Source: Macrostomum lignano
Lineage: Eukaryota
Direction: 5' to 3'
Length of the DNA: 64,000 bases
Assembly: GCA_002269645.1 (NCBI GenBank)
Contig: NIVC01002263.1
Coordinates: 62,001 to 126,000 of the forward strand
The notes under the pieces were generated by a model. That model worked only from the letters and a program-made list of their open reading frames with translations. It made no database searches and had not been told where the DNA came from. Of the stretch, positions 49,180-61,249 are shown piece by piece. The number at the start of each line of letters is the position of its first letter. Position 1 is the first letter of the stretch. A program made the translations under genes and the position numbers.

Positions 49180-51089
49180 TTATTTAGGGCAACTAGCTGA
49201 AAAATACAGATAACAGAGGCCAGACTGGATATTAAGGCTAATAAGAACAATTTTTAAATAGTGTTTTTGCCAATGAAAGAGGCTCAATTCAATTTAGCCT
49301 ATGAGGGCAAAAAAGGTCAAGTTTTTGGCCTAGCTAGGGGCTAGGGCACTACCCCTTTTGCTATTGAAGCACATATCAGATTTCAGGTTAAGTTTGCTAG
49401 TAATTTTCAATATAAAATTTATTTCTTCTAAAATAATTTTAAGCCAGAGACAACTTACAAAAACAATTGGTAAAACAGGATAAAGATGCTAATTTACACT
49501 TGTAATAGGTCTGCTTATGAATAGCCAAAGGCAAATGTTGCTTAAACTGAAGCTTTAAACCCAATTGGAGTGAATAAGGGTCTAATAGAATGTTAGGTTG
49601 ATGCAAAAATCAAATGGTGGACCTTTAGGCCTACCTATAAAAGTATTCATTTGATCTTATGCAGCTATGCAAAGTTTGCCTTGAGCATTTTCATACTTGG
49701 GGTGCATTCGAGTAGCTTAAAATGGGTTAAAAAAACTTCAAATGACTTCAAATGATTTTAAGTGCTATTTTAATGTCCTCAGTAAAACAAAACAAATGAC
49801 AAGATTTTATTTCAAAAAAGTAAAAAGTATTTATAAACAAGGTTTTTAGAATTGTAAATACCTGTTTTAATACTTTAAGCAAGTAGATAGTCAGTCTAAA
49901 CCTGTTTTCTACATTTTGAGATAGTAAATTATAACAAATTGTTAAGTGATAAATATTTTTCAATGCTGCTTCAGTAAATTGCTTTCTCCTATTGTTGTTC
50001 TTTTAGTGTGAATAATCATTTTAATGATAATAAATGTCAATCTAAATTACTTTATTAATAGGTGTGATCAAGTCCCCAGCAATGCATAAATTCTTCAAGC
50101 ACGGTGCCAAAAGAAGAGTGGTGAAATTATCCACACTTTCTATTTTCTATTATTAGTACCCACAGATTGACTAATGTACTATTAGAAGCAGCTTTACATG
50201 TAATTACATGTAAATAGCTGGCACTAGTAAGGCTGTTTTATCACTTCTGTTGACTTATGCCAGAATATGTTTATATAGGGCAACAACTGAATATCTTCAG
50301 GAAAACTAAAAGAAAAAAGACTGAACTTCTGAAGATAGTTGCCAGTCTATGTGATACTTGTAAAAAGATACCTAGCCTATGCATCAATTCCCCATGTACA
50401 CAATCTACTTTTTTTACTGTTGATGGTTTTTTGAATTATTTACTAATGACAAGAATGTGCCTTATTCATCCTTATTCCTTTATTTTTTAAATCAATATTA
50501 ACATTCCCCTCCAAACTGTCATTCTCAATTTTTAGTGCTTTTAATTTAATTTCTACTTTTACTTATAAACTTGTAAATAAATTCAATATTATGTACACAT
50601 TGCTTAAATTATTGGTAATAAAAATCTGTCAAAAATTAATTTCTAAGTCAATTTTAAACACATTGTAGAAAATTAATTACATGTCTTTTTCATATCGTGA
50701 TTGCAAGCAGTGTTGTTATAGGCATTTCTGAAAAATAATCTGCAGATTAAAAAAAACTGCAGAGTATATTTTTCATGAATTAGAAAGTTAAAAGATCCAT
50801 TTTTAATCCTCAAAAATACTTGTTCACAATATTATTAAAACCAATTTCAACAACATCCTAATCAAAGAATCTAAATGCTAATGTATTCTGGGTCTCCTAA
50901 AGTAAAATGCTAACAATATAAAAAAGCGTAGTAGCGTAGCATATAAAATTAGCAGAGACATATAGAGAGAAAAGGAGAGATAGACAGAAAACAGACAGAG
51001 ACAAATGCAGAGAGAGAGAGAGAGAGAGAGAAAGAGAGTGAGTGAAAGAGAGAGAGAGAAAGTCTATCAATAGCAGCCTTGAAGCTCTA

Positions 51090-52729
51090 CATATAACTGT
51101 TATCCCAATGAAGCACATTTTGCAATATCTCTAATAGCTGAAGGTCAAGCCCTCACACCATCTCTTGCCTTGTTTGAAGTTCGGTGTCACACTTGCTGCA
51201 GCTCCAGCGCCTGCACCTACTGTAGCTCTAGCACCTGCACCTACTCTACAAGGCCTAGCTCTATATAGCCTAGCATCACTGGTATCCTCAACCAATATTT
51301 TAATAGCCTGTTTAAAGAACTTCAGAAGTCTTGCTACCACCTGCCTGTTAGTAGACAATCCAAGCCAAGCCAAGACAAACCAAGGTTTATGGAACCACTG
51401 GATGCTTTTTCAATTGGCCAAGTATGGATATAGAGCGGAATCTACTAAGGTATGTGGTCAACGCCACCCATGCTATTAAAGTATAAGCACGCTAGTCAGT
51501 TTGGTGATTATCTAAACACTGCCACCATGATGAGTGCGCTTAGCCTGCCTATATTTGGCCAATCTAGTAGTGTCTAATACAAAAACAGTCTTAACACCAC
51601 TCTGTTTCTTGTCAACAAACTTGCAAGCAAGCACATTTCCAGAGTGTGCAAAGGCGGAAGAAGTTGGCTACAGATTTACAGCCTGCAACAGGTTTGGGAT
51701 GCCGCAGTTTTTGTGTACTGTGCCAATGAGAAGAACATCTCGTTGAAGCAGCCACATAGAAAGTCTGTGCAAAGTGAACCAACTGCCTGTGTAAATATTA
51801 TAGCCTAGGTGAAGCAAATTGCAGCACAACTCAGCCACAACTCTTTTACTCATAGACAAATTTTAAAAGCCCAGTCCATCACCAAACAATTGGTTGGCTT
51901 CAATTGATGTATAACTTTCAAAATTCTACAGGTAGGTTGTGTCGGACTTATAGATGCGGTACATCTAGATTCTGTACTTGCTGCTCTTTGTTGGGATATA
52001 CTACTTGAACAACAATCTTCCCTTGTACAGCATAAGACTTTCGTCAATTAAGAGTCAGTGAGGAGGCATGTAGTGGTTGTTGCACAACTGCTTAGCCTGT
52101 TGCAGGAAAGGTTGCATCTTAGACAAGGGACCCTCATGCAGAGCCTCAGTACAATTGTAAAAGTGCAAATAGGACAAGATCTGCTTGAACCTGTCTTTAG
52201 GAAGAGAACAAGGCTCAGCAAGAAATGCACAGTGAAAAGCTGGATCTTGCAACCCATAGCTAGATATTTTAGGCTTCTTGTCCAGTCCTATCAGCAAAAC
52301 AATTCTGATCAATTTTCTTACTTCATTAACTGTGCAGTCCTTCTAGTTCAGCACAAAATTTGGGACTGCTCTACCGTCAAAGTTATCCTTATAGGTCTTT
52401 TATAAGCCTTTGCATTTGTCCAGTTCTTGATGTTTTCCATCAACTCATCTGTCAAATACAGCTTGATAAAATCACTCTCGTTTCTGTTGGCAATCTCAGG
52501 AAGCTGCAAATTGGGCCTGACTCTTGGTGCTCCAAGGAACTCAGGCAGAGATGCTAGCCTGGCATCAGTGCCATCTTCAACAAGATGCCACTGTTCTCCT
52601 ACAAGTAACTAGCTTATCTAGCCCTTCTTCCTAGTCATTGTGGGGATGTTTAACTTTGGATCCGTCAATTGACTCATCATCAGCAGTGAACCAGCTCATG
52701 TCCAAGTCTTCGTCAAAGTCTAATGCCAT
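51090..52729 (-). pseudogene. Decayed piggyBac (PGBD/DDD) transposase
   Basis: Hand translation through stops gives an acidic N-terminus, then KDRFKQILSYLHF, LIDESLMLYKGRLLFK*YIPTK, GYNIYTGSWFT, LIGTVHKN, NSMGGVD and WFHK in piggyBac order. Several in-frame stops, a frameshift, and the second catalytic DN replaced by GS. TTAA/TIR ends not confidently located. Confidence 0.88.
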
Positions 52730-54289
52730 GTAATGATTCTTAGGAATGAATTGCTTGGTGCTTTGAATAGACAGAGGATTAAAATATCTAATAGTATAAT
52801 AAAACTGTTTTTGTATTTCTGAAGTAGGTCCTTGGCAGAACTATTATGAGCACAACAGTGATTTCAATAAAATCTATGACCAAAAATAGTGCCTTTTCCA
52901 TATTTCCCTGTATGGTTTTCTCATGAATAAAAGACATGCAGCCATAGCATTTGGTCCCCAGCCAGAGACAAATTATCTTTTGGTTAAGTGGCTTTGCTAC
53001 ATATGGGTATACTTGTGAGCTAGCTGCCATCTGGAATGGGGGGAGGTAGAAATTCTAACACTCATGCACTTGGCACAAAATTGTGCCAGCTAGCTATCGG
53101 CAAAGGGTATGACACATTTTTTGGTTTGTTGCATAGAGGTTAAGCCCTGAGGGCCAAAGGCCCAAGGGGTTTAAGAAAATTATATCTCTCAACTCTATGT
53201 GTCATCTCACTTAAATTCATGTACTAAAAATACAACCTACTAATTTATATAATAGCTAGTAAGAAATCTCTGGGTTGTATTTAATTACAACCTATAAATT
53301 GGTCATAGACATCAATTCTATATTGGGCTATAAAGGCGAAGCATTGTGCATGAAAGTCTGGACACCACCATGAAGATTAGGATAAGAAATGGCTTAGGAC
53401 TAGCCAGGAAATTTGCTGAATTTGTTGGCTACGAAGATGAGGAAAAACTTTGGGAGAAAGTATGCAGATATGTTAAGCCTAGGCTTATAATAGATATTAA
53501 TTCTTTACTTTATTGAATACAAGCTATTGAAACCCGCAGATTTTGAACCCAGGGAACTCCATTCCCCGGAATTATTACTTCTACTACCACAGTCTACAGC
53601 AGTCTAACAACCATAGAAATACGCATTTCTTAGGAGGCCATTTAAATTTTAAAGTACCTTATGCGAATCTTAATGTTAAATGTTAAAATTTTCATGGTGT
53701 AACTAATTTAGTAGGATTGCATTATAATCAGTTATTCATTAATTTTTCAATATTTTTATAAACCATCCTGCATTGCCTTGATTTGCCATCTTTGTTTAAT
53801 TGCTGCAGACTTGTCTATTCAGAGGACAGTAGTTTGAAATTGAATCTCTTGCTAAATTCTCTTCTCTCTATGCCTCTCCATGCGCGGGGGTACTGAGAAG
53901 GCTATTAAAAAGTTATTCCAAAACACTATACATTCGCTATGTACATTGAGCCCTATTGCCTGACCTTTCGTCTGGGCTGGGGGAATGAGTGAGTTGAGCG
54001 CCTGCGCCACAAACAACAGAAAAAGCAGACAAACTTCATATGCTTATAGTTTTTGTTCTGATTGAGTTACAGAGTTGAGACTTAACATTTAGATAGAGAA
54101 TGAGTCAATGAAGAATTGTGTCAAGTTTGAAGTCAATTGCTTCATGTGGAGCAAACTTATGGCAGCCAAAATATAGTCAATTTTTGAACCCATTTTCACA
54201 TCTCGCAAGATACAGGAAAGAGGCAGGCGGACAAAGGTTGGGGTAGCTGTCTCACTGAAAAAAACAACCTAATTTTAAAAGTGCACATC

Positions 54290-54616
54290 GCTGTTCAGGA
54301 TCAACTTTGAGACTCAAAATTTTACACGATTGTGTCAAAATAGTTTAAGATTGTCTGTGTCAAATTTAAAGAGAATTGGAAGAAGTGGAGTGGCGCTATG
54401 GAGGATTTAATGAAAAAATCACACATTTTAAGCAGTTTTTTGCACTTTTAGGTAGGAAGACTCAAATTTAAGAAATTTAAAGGTAGCCTAAGACATTCTT
54501 TATAGTGAGTTCAGGGTGGGTGTAAAATTTGGTGTCATTTGGTTGAGCGGTTTGGGAGTCCATAGCGAACAAAATTGTCCACAGACACACAGAGTTTTGA
54601 TTTTTATATGTAGAGA
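54290..54616 (+). mobile_element. Possible 3' end of a Helitron/Helentron-like non-autonomous element
   Basis: aaatttggtgtcatttggttgagcggtttgggagt...cacagacacacag...ttttatatgtagagat resembles the 3' architecture of invertebrate Helitron-like repeats; recognition by pattern only. Confidence 0.35.
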
Positions 54617-54632
54617 TTGCTTACTATAGCCT

Positions 54633-55288
54633 CATAGTCAGGAAGGTGGCAGAGTGTGCGCCGGAACAAATTTTGGCCTCTCCCAAAATTGTGCGCCGTG
54701 CGCCGATACAAAAACCCTCGTGTGCGCCGTTGTGCGCCTGCCACTACCTGCCTTGCGACAATAACAGACCTTTTTTTACAACATAGCAACAATTTTTGTG
54801 CGCCAATATACGGGACGGTTCTATAGATAGACGGCTATCTATATTATATTATGAGAAATTGAGATCGTCAAACCGAAAATAGAAATTTAAAAAATTTTTA
54901 ATTTAATTTCTAATTTTTAAAACAAAACAAACATAAAAAGTAAGCAAATGGCAAAAACAAAGGTAAAAAGGAAAAGGAAAATATTTTATTTTATTTTTTA
55001 TTTTTTGGTAGAATGCAGTGTTACATTAGATAGAACAGTGAATAGTGTACTGTAACAAGTAACGACTTACATCGTTACATGGGATCGCCACAAGGGTAAC
55101 GCTGCATGTGGCGCGGCGCCCGCCGCACCGCGCCGCCATGCGCCGGTGTCCTCTGGTGTGCGCCGTTGTGCGCCAGTGCGCCGCTGTGCACTGTTGTGGC
55201 GCGCCACTGTGCGCCGTTGTGTGCCCAAAAAGGGCTTGTGTGCGCCGGAATTTTCCGACCAAACTGCCACCTTCCTTCCTGACTATAG
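54633..55288. mobile_element. 656-bp MITE, TIR CATAGTCAGGAAGGTGGCAG, 8-bp TSD TATAGCCT (hAT-type), with many GTGCGCC subterminal motifs
   Basis: Right TIR CTGCCACCTTCCTTCCTGACTATAG has small indels; exact TSD at 54625-54632 and 55289-55296. Confidence 0.82.
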
Positions 55289-55777
55289 TATAGCCTATGG
55301 TCTAATTAAGCTGTTCTTTAAAACTACTAGATCCATTAATTTGTAATGAAATTTACTAATTTCAATAATTTTACTTTGGCTTCTGATTTAAAATAGGGTT
55401 TGTTTAACCTTGCAAAAATGGGAAAAACAGGGCTTAAAAATTGCTGATTTACTTTTTGATTAGGCCTTTGGGTGACGTTTAGGTTATGTCAAAAAACCCA
55501 TTTAATAGATGTTGGAAAGTGGGGTCAGAAAAATTAGACCTTCCTTAGCTACAGCAAAATAGACTGCTACAATTGAGGCTTAATCATAACTAAAAAAGTT
55601 CAAAAAGTAGTGGAGTAGGTCAGATCAGACTAGAACGGTATAAGTAGTTTTTGATTCGCAAAATTTACCTTTCAAATTTTAGAATTCGGACCGCTTCTCG
55701 GCCAAAAATCTTTGGCTACAGGAATTGACAAATCAGTATTAGACAAATTCTGGATGACGAAATTAAGTTTGCAGCAC

Positions 55778-55792
55778 AGAACTTTCTAGAAT
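55778..55792. promoter_or_regulatory. Perfect three-pentamer heat shock element aGAActTTCtaGAAt
   Basis: Matches nGAAnnTTCnnGAAn but is 6.6 kb upstream of the Hsp60 ATG and may be chance. Confidence 0.25.
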
Positions 55793-58700
55793 AATCTAAT
55801 CAACGCACTTATCAATAATTTTTGTTCAATCCAGTATGAGCTTTAAGGTTAAAACAAAAAATAACCGTAAAATTTTTAATTTGCTTAGGTTTAATAAACT
55901 AATGCAGTCCATTATTATAACTGTAAGTTTTAAAATACAAAATGCTTGCGCACATGAAATTTATACTGGTTAAAAACGAGGTATTTTAGTCCACGGACAA
56001 TGGGTGCGTTCGAGCACACTATGAGCTACAATGAATTCAATTCAGTGGTCCTTGGTTCAAATAACATGTATATCATCTATGTGTGTGCTATTATTAAGCA
56101 TAAAACTGTACTGTATTGAATTACAATTTTTTAAAACTAAAGCTTTTTCATTGCTTAATTTTATTGTGAAATTCAGTCCATTTTTCATTTTCAGCTGTAG
56201 TTACATGTACATGAATAGGTAGGTGGCTTATACGTAGAAATAAAAAAATTATGCACGATAAATTTTCACGATAAGTTTTGGATTCGACAATCGATAGTAA
56301 ATCCTAGTTAATCCAACGTCAATTTGTATATGTTATGCTTTAAGTATATGGCTTCTAAAAGTCCTAGTATTAACTTCTAGTGGTCCTTGTGCTTAAATAT
56401 AGTACATGTACATGAAATTGTTTCTAAATTTTTGTAGTGTCTAGAAAAACGTGGTTACTGCACATGCAGTATTATATCCTATATGCACTTCTGAAACCGT
56501 AAATAATTAATATACATGTAGTAAAGCCGAATTTCAAAATACTAAATATAGTAGATGTGACTATAGAGCGTTATGGACAAGCATTCATTCAAACATACAA
56601 ACAAAAATTAGAGATTTAGTATATTTGGATGGGTTTCGGCCTTTTCGGCTCCTTTGTGGAAGCCTTCGGGCCTCAGGTCTCAGAAATGAATCCATTAGAG
56701 TCCTGGCCCCCCACTTCTGTCAGATGGTCAGCCCCATGGTAGCTTGATCTGTGGCGAGCAGTCTAGGTCCTAGCCAAGAGAGGGACAGCGAGAGACAAGC
56801 AGGGAGAATTTTGAAGGTAGAGATTATAGCCAATCCGCAGATCAACTAACGCGCTGCCACCAGCCCGTGCGTTCTGGCCCGTGCGTACTGACCAAACCGG
56901 AACTTTCGAAATCGGGCTTCCGACTAGAGGGGGCTTAGCGCTTACCTGCCAACTAGTGTCTTTTTGCTGTCAATCTCGAAGTCATAGCCGATGATAAGGG
57001 ACACTGCTGGGACTTGATCGCATTGGCCATGCAGGTACAGAGGGGACTTGTGCAGGGGATTCTTGCAGTGGCGAGACTATGGGGTAGCTACATGTACTTT
57101 TACATTGCTAAATACGAGAAATGTACTTTTGGCCTTCAACGCGCCAACTAGCCTCTCCTAGCGCTGATGATAGGCTAACTCGAACTTCAGAGGCCGCATG
57201 ATTCATTACCCGAGCCGCTTGGCTAACCTAGAGTGCACAGAGTACATCTCTAGCGCCGATTTTGCACTATTGGCAATTTTGCTCACTGATTTGATAGATT
57301 GATCGACTGAGAACTGCCTTGCCACTGTGACCGGCGCCTACTAGCTTAGCATACTCATCTGAGCCATCGGCGAACAAAGAAATAAAACCGATAAAAATAA
57401 CTGTCAGATTTAACCTTCTCACTAAATCCCTTCACATTTCAGATTGGATTGGAGTATCAGACTACTATTAGTATTATTATTAAGTGATTTCTGCCTCAAT
57501 AACAGCACCGCTGAACAAAATGAGCAAAAGTGTGTGCCTAATCCAGCTACTGAAACAGGGGACAGATAAGGGATCACCCAATCAAGCAAGTCTAGGTAGC
57601 CTCTCACCCAACCAATCAGAAACTCAACAGCCGGAGACCAGGTAATCCACAGTGACCGAATCGGCTTAGTGCTTCGCAGCTGTAGACCCGGGATGATGCT
57701 GATGTCACAATCTTCGCAGATAGCTAGCAGGTGATGATCTTAACCTTGATGTTCGCTGCTGACGACCGGGGGAATTCGTCCTTGATGGTGACGGGGGAAG
57801 TCGCGATCCGGGGATCAAGAGACGACGGTCGAGCTCCGGGAGGTCAAAGTTAGGCCAAGGTCCCATGAGGTTTAAGTCCGAGCGGCCCAAAAACATCAGT
57901 GGACCGCAATTTGTTTTAATGGAACACCTCGACGCTGATTGGCTGAGCCGATTTGTTATAACGCACGTCGAATTTTCTGATTGGCTGAGCTTGTTGCCAC
58001 CCAAACTCATGTGACCAAGAGATCCTATCAGTTCCCTCGGGGCCATAAAAATACGATAGGTGCGGTCATAAATCACTCAAAATCGCTACATAATGATTTA
58101 TGACCTTTCGCGTAGAAATGAATAAAAATGAATGAAAAAATGTACATTAGAAAGCTCTTATTAAGTAGAAAGTGAAGATAATGAAGAGAAATCGCTAATC
58201 GCTAATCCCAACGTACTTTTAGGGGTAAAACGCATAGCTGACGAAGCTTTCACACGCTTGAGTAAACAAGAACAATAGGCCCTGACCTCATAAATCTGAT
58301 GGCTGCCAAAATGATGAAAAAAAAGCTACAGCCCGCATCCTCTCAGGCCATCTGGCGCCAGCCTCAGCATTGAGTGAGGCGCAGGTGGCTGTCAGACCAG
58401 CTCAAAAGCAATGATTTGACCTCAAAAGCAAAAAAAACCGCGCCTATGTTGTTATAACTACAAGTATGGCCAGATTCATATAGCTACAAAATTCCCCTAC
58501 TAGTATGAATTCTAGTAAAATTACAAAAAAGGGAGAAAAACGCCCATAGCCTGCTGTTAGTAGGCTAGCAAGTTTGGAGCCCATGTGCGAGCGTGAAATT
58601 TGGCTGAAAGTGCGTCCTTATCAGATGCATGTGCTAATTATAAAATTTATAATGACTCGTGAGATCGTCCCAGCGCTTGAATTTTACAAAAGTAGGCGTA

Positions 58701-59767
58701 CAAATAATGTATTGTACTCTACGCATGATGCCACTGCACTGTTACACAAAATGTCAGTTTTGTGACGTCCCAATTACAATTTTAGTAGATAGGATTATTT
58801 GAAATTTTTTTTAACGACACGACTGGCCAATGCAATTTATGTTGATCGAGCGCTTATGCGCCAACCCGCGCATTGTGACACGGAGCGGCCAAGCAATTCG
58901 TGTTTCAGAACTTCGCAGCCGCGAGCTTAAAACGCTTTTATAGATTAAAATGGTTGATAATAATAAACATACATGTAAAACTGTGTATTAAAAAATCTTG
59001 TTGATATCCGCATCAGCCGACTGGAAGGCGTCAATCTCTCTGGGTGACAATTCTGGCGGTACAGGGGGACACGCATGCGATTTCTTTTCCTCAGAAAACA
59101 TTTTCTGCAACCCCATGCAGCCAAGCGTTAGAATTAAGACCCCCCCTTTTAGAATGCTGCAATCAATATGGATTATTTGTGCATGCGTACGGATGCCGAA
59201 AGCGCACCTTGCATGGTTGTTTTGCCACCCAGGTGTGCGAGAAATCGGTCCTCTAGCCCGCCTGCATCCCCACAACTGCGTTGCGCTTCCATATAATTTC
59301 CAAGTCCTGCCGTCGTGAATCGTGAAATTACATTCTTCCCCTCGTTAGATTCGTCAAGCAGGTATACTGCAAATGCATTGGGAAATATGGGAAAATGGGA
59401 TTATGGCAGCTGCTGCATGGCTTGTTGATTCGGCTTTGCTCTGCATGCCAGATTTTTTGTGATTTGCCCGACCAATTTTTTTGTAAACCTCTGTATGCAA
59501 CAAAGGTTTAGCATACAAAAATAAATATTAGATAGAGAAACCTCCAATTTGGAGACGATGAGCCATCATTATTCAAAGGTGCTTTTGCCCTTACATGTAA
59601 TTTAAATAGTTACTCTTATCAACTATAGATATGCTGTACTTGTCAACTATAGATATGCAATTCAATGGCTAAGCATATTCAAGTTAAGCAGAATTGGCTG
59701 TGGATAGTACACAGCTGAGAGCACACTACCCTGGTTGGATGCGCCGCGCAATTGTAGCCGTTGACTT

Positions 59768-60252
59768 TCACACCTAGCTGTCACACCTGGCTGTCACACC
59801 TGGCTGTCCCACCTGGCTGTCACACCTGGCTGTCACACCTGGCTGTCACACCTGGCTGTCACACTTAACTGTCACACCTGGCTGTCCCACTTGGCTGTCA
59901 CACTTAACTGTCACACCTGGCTGTCACACCTGGCTGTCACACCTGGCTGTCACACCTGGCTGTCACACCTGGCTGTCACACTTAACTGTCACACCTGGCT
60001 GTCCCACCTGGCTGTCACACTTAACTGTCACACCTGGCTGTCCCACTTGGCTGTCACACTTAACTGTCACACCTGGCTGTCCCACTTGGCTGTCACACTT
60101 AACTGTCACACCTGGCTGTCCCACCTGGCTGTCACACTTAACTGTCACACCTGGCTGTCCCACCTGGCTGTCACACTTAACTGTCACACCTGGCTGTCCC
60201 ACCTGGCTGTCACACTTAACTGTCACACCTGGCTGTCCCACCTGGCTGTCAC
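59768..60252. repeat. 13-bp minisatellite (CTGTCACACCTGG)n with a 39-bp trimeric higher-order unit
   Basis: Directly visible; about 37 monomers. Confidence 0.95.
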
Positions 60253-60627
60253 ATGTGGCCACCTTTCAGCAGGTCATTTCTAAAATTGCAGAGCTAAATT
60301 CATGAACCCATTGTGATCGAAAGGAATCCGGTATCAAAAGATGAACGATTCCCAATTCTCCGGCCTTTACACTGAGGCATCGTCTACAGCTGGTGCTCTT
60401 TCAGTTTGGATAGTTCTTTGTGCACGTGTGTACAACTGTGTAGTTCGTAGGGGGGGGGGGGTTGGCAAACCAAGACGATAGTTGACCGCAGTCGGCAAGG
60501 TAAGCAGGCAAATTTACGCATTACGGTGTACAGCGGCACTGATTATCTGACCGTCATCGGGCACGCTCTGGGTGCAGCATCAAATGATAAAAGCCCAGGC
60601 CAATATCTGTGTACGAACCCCGTATAT

Positions 60628-60951
60628 CAGGGGTCGGAAACCCCTTTTTTATCCCAAGGGTCATATAGAGGGCTGCGTGCCAAAGGAGGGAGAGGAGAGG
60701 GAATAGAGAAGAGAGAAAGGAGAAAGGGGAGGCGAGGGAAATAAGAATGGAGAGAGGAGAGAAGGAGTGAAGGATAGGAAGAGAAGGGAAAGGAGTGGAG
60801 AGGAGAGAAGGAAGAGGAGAGAGAAAAGAGAAGAGAGAAGAGATTAGAGAGAAGGGAGCTGAGAAGAGACGCAAACCTTGAGCGGTCCGTAGGGACAAGA
60901 GGGCCGGATAGAAAGGCTTTGCGGGCTGCATGTGGGGTTTGCCGACCCCTG
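60628..60951 (-). mobile_element. 324-bp hAT-type MITE, TIR CAGGGGTCGG(C)AAACCCC, 8-bp TSD CCGTATAT
   Basis: Both TIRs present; exact TSD at 60620-60627 and 60952-60959; interior homologous (reverse orientation) to the copies at 4161 and 35290. Confidence 0.9.
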
Positions 60952-61249
60952 CCGTATATAAATAACAAAATTATTACTCAAATAAAATGGCGCCCTCAAA
61001 GAGAGCTACGCTTCTGATGCCAAGGCTTCGTGGTTCCTTTGCTCGTTACTGAAGAAGCAATTATACTGCTCAACTTCTGTAAAGGACACAAGCGTAAATA
61101 CTGTTATATCTCCGACTTGTGCTCATAGTCTTTTAATCCATAACTAACCACAGCCACAATTTTTAGAGCAAAATAAGCCAGAGAGGTGATAAGTATAGCC
61201 AGCTTCGCCCACGCATAGCCATCTACAGAGGCGAAAGAATAGCAGCTTA

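Noticed and set aside
49200-51000. Search for a head-to-head Hsp10 gene upstream of Hsp60, as in vertebrates
   Set aside because: No Hsp10-like ORF is present in the track or was found by eye.
53135-53175. TTAA-flanked GGGCC/GGCCC stem as a possible piggyBac terminus
   Set aside because: No matching TIR plus TTAA was found at the other end of the fossil transposase.
49700-56015. GGGTGC(A/G)TTCGAG at about 49700 and 56002, resembling Harbinger-type termini
   Set aside because: Both are in the same orientation and no inverted partner was found.
58988-59318. Cluster of short ORFs on both strands
   Set aside because: No recognisable motif, splice context or host-like codon bias; insufficient support.
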